Assembly (NCBI GenBank): GCA_021784515.1
Contig: JAJXSP010000002.1
Coordinates: 1-35,989 of the forward strand
Length of the DNA: 35,989 bases
Direction: 5' to 3'
DNA from: Myxococcales bacterium
GTDB lineage: Bacteria; Myxococcota_A; Polyangia; Palsa-1104; SHYY01
Within the stretch, counting starts at the first letter, position 1, and each line of letters opens with the position of its first letter. Both the position numbers and the translations under genes were made by a program. The notes beneath the pieces were generated by a model that made no database searches, had not been told where the DNA came from, and saw only the letters and a list, made by a program, of their open reading frames with translations. Shown here in pieces: positions 7,831-18,302 of the stretch.

Positions 7831-8304
7831 CTATCCGTCCAGCGGTGTTTCGGGTTCGTACGGCGGGAGCAGCTCGCCGTCGCGGATCCGGCGGGCACGT
7901 TCGATCACCGGGACGAGGCCGTCGGTGGTCTCCATCGTGGCGAGGGCGGCGAGCTCGACGAAGCGCGCGTCGTCGGCGTCGTCGCCGGCGCCGAGCGTGC
8001 CCTCGGGCGCGGTGCCGAGGAAGTCGATGATCAGGTAGTGGAAGTGCACGCGCCCGTCGGGGGCGCGCACGATCCGCTCGAGCACCTCGACGATCGGGCC
8101 GAGCGTGGCGCAAAGGCCGGTCTCCTCGCGCAGCTCGCGCAAAGCCGCCTCGCGCATCGACTCGCCGGCGTCCACGCCGCCGCCCGGCACCGTCCACCGC
8201 CCCACGCCCGGCGGCCGCGCGCGGCGCACGAGCAGCACCCGATCGCCGTCGAGCAGCACCACGCCCACGGCGAGCACCGGGCGGTCGGGGAACTCGCGCC
8301 CCAT
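7831..8304 (-). CDS. NUDIX hydrolase
   Basis: Nudix box GGGVDAGESMREAALRELREETGL (Gx5Ex7REUxEExGU). 157 aa. Confidence 0.85.
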   Translation of the reverse strand: MGREFPDRPVLAVGVVLLDGDRVLLVRRARPPGVGRWTVPGGGVDAGESMREAALRELREETGLCATLGPIVEVLERIVRAPDGRVHFHYLIIDFLGTAPEGTLGAGDDADDARFVELAALATMETTDGLVPVIERARRIRDGELLPPYEPETPLDG

Positions 8305-8308
8305 GTCG

Positions 8309-9022
8309 CTACCTCGGCAGGGGCGTCTTCCGGCCGAGCGGCGTGAGCTGCCCGATGCGCGGCGACGACGGGCGGGTGCGGCGCGGCGTCTCGGCGATCT
8401 TGTAGTGGAGCGCCACGCCGTCGCGGAGCGGCAGGATGGTGGTGAGGAAGTCGGGCGCCGCGGCGGTGACGCGGTTGTAGGTGTCGATGGCGCGCGTCGC
8501 TGCGTCGAAGGTGGACGGATCCTGCGCCACCTTGCCGCTCCACAGCACGTTGTCGGTGATGATGAAGCCGCCCGGGCGCACCCGGACCCGCGCCAGGTCG
8601 AGCGCCGCCGGGTAGTCCTCCTTCTCGACGTCGATGAAGATGACGTCGAAGGGGCCCGGGTAGCGCGTGATGGTGTCGAGCGCGTTGCCGACTTCGAACG
8701 TCACCCGCGCGGCGACCCCGGCGCGCGTGAGGTGGCGGCGCGCCTCCTCGGAGAGGTCGTCGCTCATCTCGGTGTGCACCACGCGGCCGCTCTCGTCGAG
8801 CGCGCGGGCGAACCACAGCGTCGAGTAGCCGAAGCCCGAGCCCATCTCGAAGATGTCGCGGGCGCCGATCGCGCGCGCCACCTGCAGCAGCAGCCGCCCG
8901 ACCAGCGGGCCCACGATCGGGAAGTGCCGCTCGGCGCCGATGCGCTCCATCTCCGCCTGCACCGCGTCGGCGGCCGGCAGGAGCGAGTGCATGTACTGCT
9001 CGACCTTCGGGTCGGTGATCAT
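8309..9022 (-). CDS. class I SAM-dependent O-methyltransferase (caffeoyl-CoA OMT-like family)
   Basis: MITDPKVEQYMHSLLP...IFEMGSGFGYSTLWFARAL...DVIFIDVEKEDYP...GGFIITDNVLWSGKV is typical of the PF01596-type family. ATG at 9022 overlaps the nth stop (ATGA) and follows GAGGGGA. Confidence 0.75.
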   Translation of the reverse strand: MITDPKVEQYMHSLLPAADAVQAEMERIGAERHFPIVGPLVGRLLLQVARAIGARDIFEMGSGFGYSTLWFARALDESGRVVHTEMSDDLSEEARRHLTRAGVAARVTFEVGNALDTITRYPGPFDVIFIDVEKEDYPAALDLARVRVRPGGFIITDNVLWSGKVAQDPSTFDAATRAIDTYNRVTAAAPDFLTTILPLRDGVALHYKIAETPRRTRPSSPRIGQLTPLGRKTPLPR

Positions 9023-9729
9023 GCGATTCCCCTCGACGGGCAGAGCGGCGCGAGCGTACACGACTCGCAGGCGGGCTTTCGCGCGAAACAGACGCGGCGG
9101 CCGTGCCAGATGAGCTGGTGCCCGATCATCGTCCAGCGCTCGCGCGGAAAGAGACGCAACAGGTCCTGCTCGATCTTCGGCGGGTCGCTCTCGCTCGACA
9201 GCGCGAGCCGGCCGGCGAGCCGCATGACGTGGGTGTCGACGGCGATGCCCTCGTTCATCCCGTACGCGCTGCCGAGCACCACGTTGCCGGTCTTGCGCGC
9301 GACGCCGGGGAGTTTCACCAGCTCCTCCATCGTGCGCGGCACCACGCCGCCATGCTCGCGCGCGATGATCCGCGCCGCGCCGACGATGTTCTTCGCCTTC
9401 TGACGGAAGAAGCCGGTCTTCGCGACGAGCCGCTCGACCTCCGCCACGTCGGCGGCGGCCAGCGCGGCGGCGTCGGGGAAGCGCGCGAACAGCGCCGGCG
9501 TGATGGCGTTCACCATCTTGTCGGTCGATTGCGCCGAGAGGATCGTCGCGACGAGGAGCTGGAAGGGGTCCTGGAAGTCCAGCTCGCAGTGCGCCTCGGG
9601 GTAGAGCGCCTGCAGGGCGTCGGCGATCGCGGCCACGCGCTCCGCCTCGTGGGCGGAGTCGGGATTGCGCGCGGGAGCGGAGCGCTGCGAGGGCGCCGCG
9701 TCCTTCGCGGATTTGCGGGTGGTGGCCAC
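9019..9729 (-). CDS. nth: endonuclease III
   Basis: FQLLVATILSAQSTDKMVN, helix-hairpin-helix LVKLPGVARKTGNVVL, IAVDTHV, and Fe-S loop CFARKPACESCTLAPLCP. GTG at 9729 chosen; codons upstream in the track ORF look non-coding. Confidence 0.9.
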   Translation of the reverse strand: MATTRKSAKDAAPSQRSAPARNPDSAHEAERVAAIADALQALYPEAHCELDFQDPFQLLVATILSAQSTDKMVNAITPALFARFPDAAALAAADVAEVERLVAKTGFFRQKAKNIVGAARIIAREHGGVVPRTMEELVKLPGVARKTGNVVLGSAYGMNEGIAVDTHVMRLAGRLALSSESDPPKIEQDLLRLFPRERWTMIGHQLIWHGRRVCFARKPACESCTLAPLCPSRGIA

Positions 9730-9976
9730 GGGGCTGCGATTACTCTTGCGCGCGCCGCAAGTCAAGCACGCCGCGCGCCGTGGAGGCGCGTGCGGGGGCG
9801 GCGTGGAATCCGTCCGTTTGGATCTGCAATAATCCAGCGACGGCGGCCTCTGGCCGAGCGGGCCGAGCGTGAACCCGGTCGCGCCGTAGCGAAGCAAAAC
9901 CATCCCCGCGTTCCGCTGGCCCTCGTTCGGCCCAATCGGGCCCCACAACCGAGCAGCCCGAGAATGAGAAGGAGAG

Positions 9977-10960
9977 TCACCGCGGCGAGAGCAGATTGAG
10001 GCTCAGGCGCCGCTGCCCGTCGAGCCAGCGCGCTTCGACGGCGAAGGCGCCCTCGGCCACGAGGCGGTCGATCTCCTCGTACGAATACTTCCACGAGTCC
10101 TCGGTGTGGATCGGCTCGCCCGCCGCGAGATCGATTCGCATCCCGAGACGATCGATCGCGACGCTCTGCGGGGCCTCGCTCACCAGCTCCATCGAGACGC
10201 GGCCCTCGTCCTCGTGCCAGCGCGCGCGGTGACGGAAGCGCTCGACGGCGAAGTGGCCGCCCAGCTCGCGATCGATGCGCAAGAGGAGGTTGCGATCGAA
10301 GCGCGCGGTGGCGCCCGCGGCGTCGTCGTAGGCCGCCTCGAGCGGCTCGCGCGCCTTGCGCAGGTCGACGCCGACGAGGAGCCGGTCGTCGGGGGAGAGC
10401 GCGCGGCCCACCTGGCGCAGGAACGTCGCCGCCTCCGACGGCGCGAAGTTGCCGACGTTCGAGCCGAGCCACAGCACGAGCCGGCGACCGTGCGCGCCGC
10501 CGGCGAGGTAGCCGAGCCCCACCTCGTACTCGGCGGCGAGCGCCATGATGCGGAGGCCCGGGTAGTCGTGGAGCAGCCCGCGCGCGCTCTCGGCGAGGAT
10601 CGACGTCGAGATGTCGATCGGCAGGTAGCGCAGCGATCGCTGTCGCGCGAGCAGCGCCTCGATCACCAGGCGCGTCTTTCGCGCGTTGCCGCTGCCCAGC
10701 TCGACCAGCTCCACGTCGCCGCCCATGCGCGCGGCGATCTCGCCGGCGCGCGCGCGCAGGATCTCCGTCTCGGCGCGCGTGAGGTAGTACTCCGGCTGCT
10801 CGCAGATCGCCTCGAAGAGGCGCGAGCCTTCGTCGTCGTAGAGGTAGGCGCACGGCACGTGGCGCGGGCGCGCGGCGAGGCCCTCGCGCACGTCGCGCGC
10901 GAAGTCGAGGGCGCCGCCCGCCGACGGGGTTTCGACCAGCTCGAGTCGCGGTTCGCTCAT
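9977..10960 (-). CDS. egtD: L-histidine N-alpha-methyltransferase (ergothioneine biosynthesis)
   Basis: Collinear with mycobacterial EgtD as remembered: YLYDDEGSRLFEAICEQPEYYLTRAETEIL, LVELGSGNARKTR, WLGSNVGNF, YDDAAGATARFDRNLL. ATG at 10960 overlaps the egtB stop (ATGA). Only the last 327 aa of the 855-aa track ORF are real. Confidence 0.9.
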   Translation of the reverse strand: MSEPRLELVETPSAGGALDFARDVREGLAARPRHVPCAYLYDDEGSRLFEAICEQPEYYLTRAETEILRARAGEIAARMGGDVELVELGSGNARKTRLVIEALLARQRSLRYLPIDISTSILAESARGLLHDYPGLRIMALAAEYEVGLGYLAGGAHGRRLVLWLGSNVGNFAPSEAATFLRQVGRALSPDDRLLVGVDLRKAREPLEAAYDDAAGATARFDRNLLLRIDRELGGHFAVERFRHRARWHEDEGRVSMELVSEAPQSVAIDRLGMRIDLAAGEPIHTEDSWKYSYEEIDRLVAEGAFAVEARWLDGQRRLSLNLLSPR

Positions 10961-12261
10961 TCGTCCCTCGCGAGGCGCACGCCGGTGAACTGCCAACGCG
11001 CCGACGGCGGGAAGTAGTTGCGGTAGGTCGCGCGGAGGTGGTCGCGCGGCGAGGCGCAGGAGCCGCCGCGGAGCACCTGCTGGTTGCACATGAACTTGCC
11101 GTTGTATTCGCCGAGCGGTCCGGGCAGCGGGCGGAATCCCGGGTAGGGCAGATAGGCACTCCGCGTCCACTGCCAGACGTCGCCGAACGGGCTCGCCCCG
11201 CCGGCGAGCGGGTGCAGCGCGCCGCGCTCGACGAAGTTGCCCGCGACGGGGAGGCCGGCGGCGGCGCGCTCCCACTCCTCCTCGGTGGGCAGGCGCGCGC
11301 CGGCCCAGCGCGAAAAGGCGTCGGCCTCGTAGTAGCTCACGTGGCAGACCGGCGCCGCGGGCTCGACGGGGCGCATCCCCGAGAGGGTGAACTGCCACCA
11401 CCCGGACTCGCCGCGCTCCCAGTACAGCGGCGCGCGCCAGGTGCCCGCCTGCGCCGCCGCCCACCCGTCGGAGAGCCACAGTCCGACGCGCCGGTAGCCG
11501 CCGTCGTCCATGAAGGCGAGCCAGTCGCCGCAGGTGACGAGGCGGGTCGCCAGCGCGAAGGGATTCAGGAACACGCGGTGGCGCGCGAACTCGTTGTCGT
11601 AGCCGAACCCGCGGCCGTCGTGGCCGACGGCGAACAGGCCCTCGGGGAAGGTGCGCCAGGCGGGTTCGGGCGTCTTCGAACGTCTGGGGGGACGGTCCTT
11701 CGTTTCTTCGCTGGCGATGGAGGCGGCCGGTTGGTGATTTGCGAGGAGCGAGGAAACACAGGACGCGTCCCTCGTCTTTCGATCGTCTCGATAGGCAGGG
11801 CGGAGGGGGTTGAGCCAGAACGCGTGCTGGAGGTCGGTGAGGAGCAGCTCCTGGTGCTGCTGCTCGTGGTGCATCCCGAGCACGAGCACCGCGCGCTCGT
11901 CGTCGCCGAGCCGCGGCAGGCCATCGAGCACCGCCTCGTCGACGGCGCGGCGGTATTGCATCGTCTCGGCGACCGTCGGGCGCGACAGGAGGCCGCGCGC
12001 CGGCCGCTCGTGGTGCGGACCGACGGACTCGTAGTAGGAGTTGAATAGATAGCGGTACGTCGGATCGAACGGCCGGTAGCCGGGGCGGCGGACGAGCAGC
12101 AGCTCCTCGAAGAACCAGCTCGTGTGCGCGAGGTGCCACTTCGCCGGGCTGGCGTCGGGCATCGACTGGACGACGTAGTCCTCGACCGCCAGCGGCGCGC
12201 ACAGCGCCTCGGTGGCGGCGCGCACCCGCACGAACGCGGCGGCGAGGTCGTGTTCGTCCAT
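10957..12261 (-). CDS. egtB: ergothioneine biosynthesis sulfoxide synthase EgtB (DinB_2 plus FGE-sulfatase domains); carries in-frame repeat-A copy 2 in the interdomain linker
   Basis: PAKWHLAHTSWFFE, HHEQQHQELLLTDL (DinB-type metal site), GYDNEFARHRVFLNPFALATRLVTCGDW, VLRGGSCASP, WQFTGVRLARD. ATG at 12261; a TTG at 12267 is also possible. Confidence 0.88.
   Translation of the reverse strand: MDEHDLAAAFVRVRAATEALCAPLAVEDYVVQSMPDASPAKWHLAHTSWFFEELLLVRRPGYRPFDPTYRYLFNSYYESVGPHHERPARGLLSRPTVAETMQYRRAVDEAVLDGLPRLGDDERAVLVLGMHHEQQHQELLLTDLQHAFWLNPLRPAYRDDRKTRDASCVSSLLANHQPAASIASEETKDRPPRRSKTPEPAWRTFPEGLFAVGHDGRGFGYDNEFARHRVFLNPFALATRLVTCGDWLAFMDDGGYRRVGLWLSDGWAAAQAGTWRAPLYWERGESGWWQFTLSGMRPVEPAAPVCHVSYYEADAFSRWAGARLPTEEEWERAAAGLPVAGNFVERGALHPLAGGASPFGDVWQWTRSAYLPYPGFRPLPGPLGEYNGKFMCNQQVLRGGSCASPRDHLRATYRNYFPPSARWQFTGVRLARDE
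11671..11784 (-). repeat. repeat-A copy 2 (sense with egtB), in-frame
   Basis: Coding-strand sequence GAAAGACGAGGGACGCGTCCTGTGTTTCCTCG-38 nt-CGAAGAAACGAAGGACCGTCCCCCCAGACGTTCGAAGACG. Arms pair with one bulge. Arm differences from copies 1 and 3 are matched on the opposite arm. Encodes RKTRDASCVSSLLANHQPAASIASEETKDRPPRRSKT. Confidence 0.8.
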
Positions 12262-12297
12262 CCCCAAAGGGGCGATGCACGAACGGGGCGCGAAGGA

Positions 12298-12783
12298 TCA
12301 GACGCCGAGGGCGGCGCGCAAAGCAGGCTCCACGGCGACGAAGAAGTCGTGCGCGCGCTCGAGGAGCAGGCCGAAGGAAAACCACACCGGCGCGTAGTCG
12401 AGGCGGATGGTGCCGCCGAGCGCGCTCGCGCGGGAGGCCGAGTAGTCCCAAGGCACGCGGCCGGTGGCGCGCTTGAGGAGAAGGCCGGAGAGGGCCTCCA
12501 CGGCGAAAATGCCGTCGCACTCGATCGCGCCGCGCGCCGGCCACGGCCAGCGACGGATGGCGTCGTGCGCGGGCTCGAACAGCAGCGCGGCCGAGCCGTA
12601 GATCGGGAACATCCAGAGGTAGGTGCGTCCGACGAGGCGAAGCCGCTCGGAGCGCGTGGTCTTCACGTGCGCCGCGACCTCACCCTCTGCGCGGCGGGTG
12701 CCGGTGACGGCGTCGTAGAGCGCCGTCCAGACGATCTCCGCGCACCAGCCGAGGAGTCCGTACAGGACGAAGCGCAACATCAC
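12298..12783 (-). CDS. small polytopic membrane protein, PF06541-like (so-called putative ABC-transporter type IV family)
   Basis: 161 aa. FVLYGLLGWCAEIVWTALYD and WMFPIYG motifs with 4 hydrophobic segments. Lies between nuoN and egtB on the same strand. GTG 12783 or ATG 12780. Confidence 0.5.
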   Translation of the reverse strand: MMLRFVLYGLLGWCAEIVWTALYDAVTGTRRAEGEVAAHVKTTRSERLRLVGRTYLWMFPIYGSAALLFEPAHDAIRRWPWPARGAIECDGIFAVEALSGLLLKRATGRVPWDYSASRASALGGTIRLDYAPVWFSFGLLLERAHDFFVAVEPALRAALGV

Positions 12784-12820
12784 GGCGCCGTCGAGACCTC
12801 GGCGAGGGACGAGCCCCGCC

Positions 12821-14322
12821 CTACTTGCCGAGCAGCGTCGCCTTGCTCGCCAGCTCGATCACCCAGCCCGGGGCGAGCCCGAGGGCGAGCGTGCCGACGG
12901 TGGCGATGATCAGGCCGGCGGTCATCCCCGAGGCGCGCACGGGCGCGAACGGACGGTGCGCCTCGCGGAAGTACATCGCGGTGACGACCCGCAGGTAGTA
13001 GAAGACCGAGACGAGCGAGTTGGCGATCGCGATGAGCACGAGCGAGATCAGGCCGGGCTGCGAGAGCGCGACGCGGAAGATGTAGAACTTGGCGAAGAAG
13101 CCCGCGGTCGGCGGGAAGCCGCCCAGCGAGAGGAGGAGCACGGTCATCGCGAGCGCGGCCGCCGGGTGGCGCGCGGCGAGGCCGGCCCAGTCGTCGACGT
13201 TCTGGCGCTCGTCGCCGCGCGAGCCGATCCAGGCGACCACGCCGAACGAGCCCGCGGTGGTGAGGGTGTAGGCGAGCAGGTAGTAGAGGATCGGGCCGCG
13301 CGCGTCGTCGCCGGCGCGCGCCATCGCCACCACGCCAACGAGGATGTACCCGGCGTGCGCGATCGAGGACCACGCGAGCATGCGCTTCACGTTGTCCTGC
13401 CGCAGCGCCGCGAGGTTGCCGAGCGACATGGTCAGGATGGCGAGCACCGCGCAGATCGACGCCCAGCCGCCCGCGCCGAAGGTGAGGGACGGCCGGCCGT
13501 ACGCGACGGTGAACAGGCGGACGATCGTGGCGAAGCCGGCCGCCTTCACCGCCGCCGCCATGAACGCGGTGACGGGCGTGGGCGCGCCCTCGTACGCGTC
13601 GGGCGCCCACATGTGGAAGGGCACCGCGGCGATCTTGAAGGCGAGCCCCGCGATGATCAGGAACGAGCCGATCAGGAAGAGCGGCTCCTGCATCACCGCG
13701 CCGCCGGTGCCCTTGGCCAGCCCGCCGAGCGACGAGAGGTTGGTGGTGCCGGTGGTGCCGTAGACGAGCGCGATGCCGTAGACGAGGAGCGCCGAGGCGA
13801 AGGCGCCGACGAGGAAGTACTTCATCGCCGCCTCGGAGGAGCGCGCCGAGCGGCGCCACGAGCCGGTCAGCACGTACACCGCGAGCGACATCGTCTCGAG
13901 GCCGATGAAGAGCGCGACGAGGTCGTTGGCGTGGACCAGCATCACCGCCCCGGCCGTGCCGAGGAGGACGAGCGCGTAGAACTCGCCGAACTCGAAGCGG
14001 TGCGTGCGCAGGAAGCCACCCGCGAGGAGCACGGCGAGCGCGGCGCCGGCGAACAGCACCACGTCGACGAAGAGCGCGAAGCGGTCCACGGCGAACATCC
14101 CGCCGTAGATCGCCTTCGGGGTCTCGGCCTCGGCCCACTGGCCGACCGCGGCGTACGTGGCGATCGCGAGCGTGATCAGCGCGGCCACCGCGAGGTAGGA
14201 GCGGCCGCCGTGCTCGTCGCGCGCCGGCGTGCCCGAGAACGCCTCGAGGAGCAGCACGAGCAGGCCGCCGGCGGCGACCACCAGCAGCGGCAGCGAGAGC
14301 GCGAGCTGCGCGGAGTCGAAGC

Positions 14323-14326
<4 letters not shown>
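12821..14326 (-). CDS. nuoN: NADH-quinone oxidoreductase subunit N
   Basis: 501 aa, about 14 hydrophobic helices. LFIGLETMSLAVYVL, KYFLVGAFASALLVYG, PFHMWAPDAYEGAPTPVTAF. ATG at 14326 overlaps the nuoM stop (ATGA). Confidence 0.9.
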
Positions 14327-15981
<1,655 letters not shown>

Positions 15982-16016
15982 TTTTGTTTCCTACCTTGGA
16001 TAGCCGACTGCTTGAA

Positions 16017-16044
16017 AACCCCTGCCTTCGGCAGGCGGGGTCGG
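16017..16044 (-). terminator. terminator-like GC hairpin plus U-run between nuoL and nuoM (possible internal attenuator or mRNA processing/stability element)
   Basis: The minus-strand transcript reads CCCCGCCUGCCGAAGGCAGGGGUUUUCAAG. It begins a few nt after the nuoL stop (16046-16048). The nuoM RBS AGGAAAC and ATG follow. Confidence 0.3.
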
Positions 16045-16045
16045 C

Positions 16046-18295
16046 TCATGGGATCACCACCGTGCGGCTGTCGCTCGAGCGGATGTCCCAGCGCGGGTCG
16101 AGGACGTTGACGGTCAGCCGGCGCCGGCCGTGGACATCGTAGTGGTGCCGGACCGTCGGTGTGGACTGCTTCACCGGCGGTGTGCCGTCGCCGAAGTCGA
16201 AGCTGAACTCGAGCGGGCGCGCCGCCGGTCCGCTCGGCATTCCGTGCGCGCGCACCGTGACGTCGGCGCCGTGCTGCTCGACGTCGAAGGGCGCGCCGGT
16301 GCAGGCGACCCAGTTGGCGCTGACCGCGATGATGGCGGCGGTTCCGAGGAGGACGGCGGCCATGTAGCGCTGGACGTCGCCGCTTTGCAGGTAGCGGACG
16401 CCGCGGCCGACCAGGTCGACGACGAAGGCCGAGCCCCGCACCAGGATGAGGTCGATGAAGAGCGCGTCCACGCCCTTCCACAGCACGAAGGCGAGCGAGC
16501 GCAGCGGGCGAACCACGCTGGAGTCGTAGATCTCGTCGACCCAGTACTTGTTGAAGACGACCTTGTAGAGCCGCGGCAGCGCGTCCTTGATCGCCACCGC
16601 CGTCGGCGAGATGCCGCGGTAGTAGAGGCGGTACGCGAGGAAAATGCCCGCGCCGGCGACCACCGTCGCGACGGCCATCAGCGCCCACTCGGTGCTCGCG
16701 TGCTCCTCGCCGACCATCGGCGCGAAGTTCGCGGGCACCAGCCACTGCTCGAAGAGGTTCCAGTCCTTGTGGAAGGCCTCCGGCATCCCGAGGAAGCCGA
16801 GCGCCGCCGAGCCGATCGCCAGCACCACCAGCGGCAGCGTCATCGCCGGCGGCGACTCGTGCGCGTGGTCCCAGGTGTGATGGTCGCCGCGGAACTCGCC
16901 GTGGAAGACGAGGAAGTAGGCGCGGAACATGTAGAACGCCGTCATGAAGGCGGCGCTGAGGCCGACGAAGTAGATCGCGTGGCCCAGCCAGTGCGGCCAC
17001 TCGGGCATCTCGGCGACGTCGAAGCTCCACGCGCCGGCGAGGATGGCGTCCTTCGAGAAGAAGCCGGCGAAGGGGAAGATGCCGGCGATGGCGAGGCAGT
17101 AGACGAGGAAGGTCCAGCGCGTGATCGGCATCTTCGCGCGCAGGCCGCCCATCTTCGTCACGTCCTCCTCGCCGGAAAGCGCGTGCATGATCGAGCCGGC
17201 GCCGAGGAAGAGGCCCGCCTTGAAGAAGGCGTGCGTGACGAGGTGGAAGACGCCGGCGTCGTAGGCCTTCGTGCCGACGCCGATGAACATGAAGCCGAGC
17301 TGGCTGACCGTCGAGTAGGCGAGGATCTTCTTGATCGGCTTCTGCGTGATACCGATGGTCGCCGCGAAGAGCGCCGTGAGCGCGCCGACGGAGGCGATCA
17401 CCGCCAGGACGAACGGATCGATCTCGAAGAGGAAGTGGAGGCGCGCAATCATGTACACGCCGGCGGTCACCATCGTCGCGGCGTGGATGAGGGCGGAGAC
17501 CGGCGTGGGGCCGGCCATCGCGTCGGGGAGCCAGACGTAGAGCGGGAGCTGGGCCGACTTGCCGGTCGCGCCGACGAAAAGCAGGAGGCCGGCCACCGTC
17601 GCGATGGAGGCCTTGGCGAACCACACGTGGTGCAGCGCAACAACGGATTGCTGCGATGCGAGATCGCGGTAGCTCAGCGTCGAGGTGGCGCTGAAGATGA
17701 GGAACATGCCGAGCAGGAAGCCGAAGTCGCCGACGCGGTTGACGATGAACGCCTTGCGGCCCGCGTAGGCGTTCGCCTCCTTGTCGAACCAGAAGCCGAT
17801 GAGGAGGTACGAGCAGAGGCCGACGCCCTCCCACCCGACGAAGGTGACCGGCAGCGAGTCGCCGAGCACCAGGATCAGCATCGCCCCGGTGAAGAGGTTG
17901 AGGTAGCCGAAGTAGCGGTTGAAGTTCTTGTCCTCCTCCATGTACGCGGTCGAGTACAGGTGGATGAGGAAGCCGACGGTGGTGATGACGAGGACCATCA
18001 CCGCCGAGAGGCGATCGAGCAGCAGGCCGGCCTGGATGTGCAGGCTGCCGATGCCGTGCGACTCGGTGGCGTGGATCCAGTCGCCGTCGAAGAAGCGCGC
18101 TGTGAGGATCGCCGACGGCTCCGATTGGAAGAGCAGCCAGGCCGCCTTCCAGCCGAGCACCGCGGCCATCGCCACCGACGTGCAGGCGATCGCGGCCACG
18201 CCGCCGCGCGAGATGCGCTTGCCGACGAGCAGGTTGATGGCCGCGCCGGCGAGCGGCAGCAGCGGGATCAAATAGAGCGGAAAGTCCGTCTCCAT
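16046..18295 (-). CDS. nuoL: NADH-quinone oxidoreductase subunit L with a ~90-aa PKD-like C-terminal extension
   Basis: 749 aa. WEGVGLCSYLLIGFW, KSAQLPLYVWLPDAMAGPTPVSALIHAATMVTAGVY, ILAYSTVSQLGFMF, lateral-helix region, and last TM YMAAVLLGTAAIIAVSANW. Then ...LEFSFDFGDGTPPVKQSTPTVRHHYDVHGRRRLTVNVLDPRW..., which fits the PKD signature (FDFGDG ... H.Y...G...vt..v.D). Confidence 0.9.
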   Translation of the reverse strand: METDFPLYLIPLLPLAGAAINLLVGKRISRGGVAAIACTSVAMAAVLGWKAAWLLFQSEPSAILTARFFDGDWIHATESHGIGSLHIQAGLLLDRLSAVMVLVITTVGFLIHLYSTAYMEEDKNFNRYFGYLNLFTGAMLILVLGDSLPVTFVGWEGVGLCSYLLIGFWFDKEANAYAGRKAFIVNRVGDFGFLLGMFLIFSATSTLSYRDLASQQSVVALHHVWFAKASIATVAGLLLFVGATGKSAQLPLYVWLPDAMAGPTPVSALIHAATMVTAGVYMIARLHFLFEIDPFVLAVIASVGALTALFAATIGITQKPIKKILAYSTVSQLGFMFIGVGTKAYDAGVFHLVTHAFFKAGLFLGAGSIMHALSGEEDVTKMGGLRAKMPITRWTFLVYCLAIAGIFPFAGFFSKDAILAGAWSFDVAEMPEWPHWLGHAIYFVGLSAAFMTAFYMFRAYFLVFHGEFRGDHHTWDHAHESPPAMTLPLVVLAIGSAALGFLGMPEAFHKDWNLFEQWLVPANFAPMVGEEHASTEWALMAVATVVAGAGIFLAYRLYYRGISPTAVAIKDALPRLYKVVFNKYWVDEIYDSSVVRPLRSLAFVLWKGVDALFIDLILVRGSAFVVDLVGRGVRYLQSGDVQRYMAAVLLGTAAIIAVSANWVACTGAPFDVEQHGADVTVRAHGMPSGPAARPLEFSFDFGDGTPPVKQSTPTVRHHYDVHGRRRLTVNVLDPRWDIRSSDSRTVVIP

Positions 18296-18302
18296 CGGTC
18301 GC

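Noticed and set aside
9977-12544. 855-aa ORF suggesting a giant fusion protein.
   Set aside because: Only the C-terminal 327 aa (EgtD) are protein-like. The N-terminal part is the wrong frame of egtB, which is read correctly as 10957..12261.
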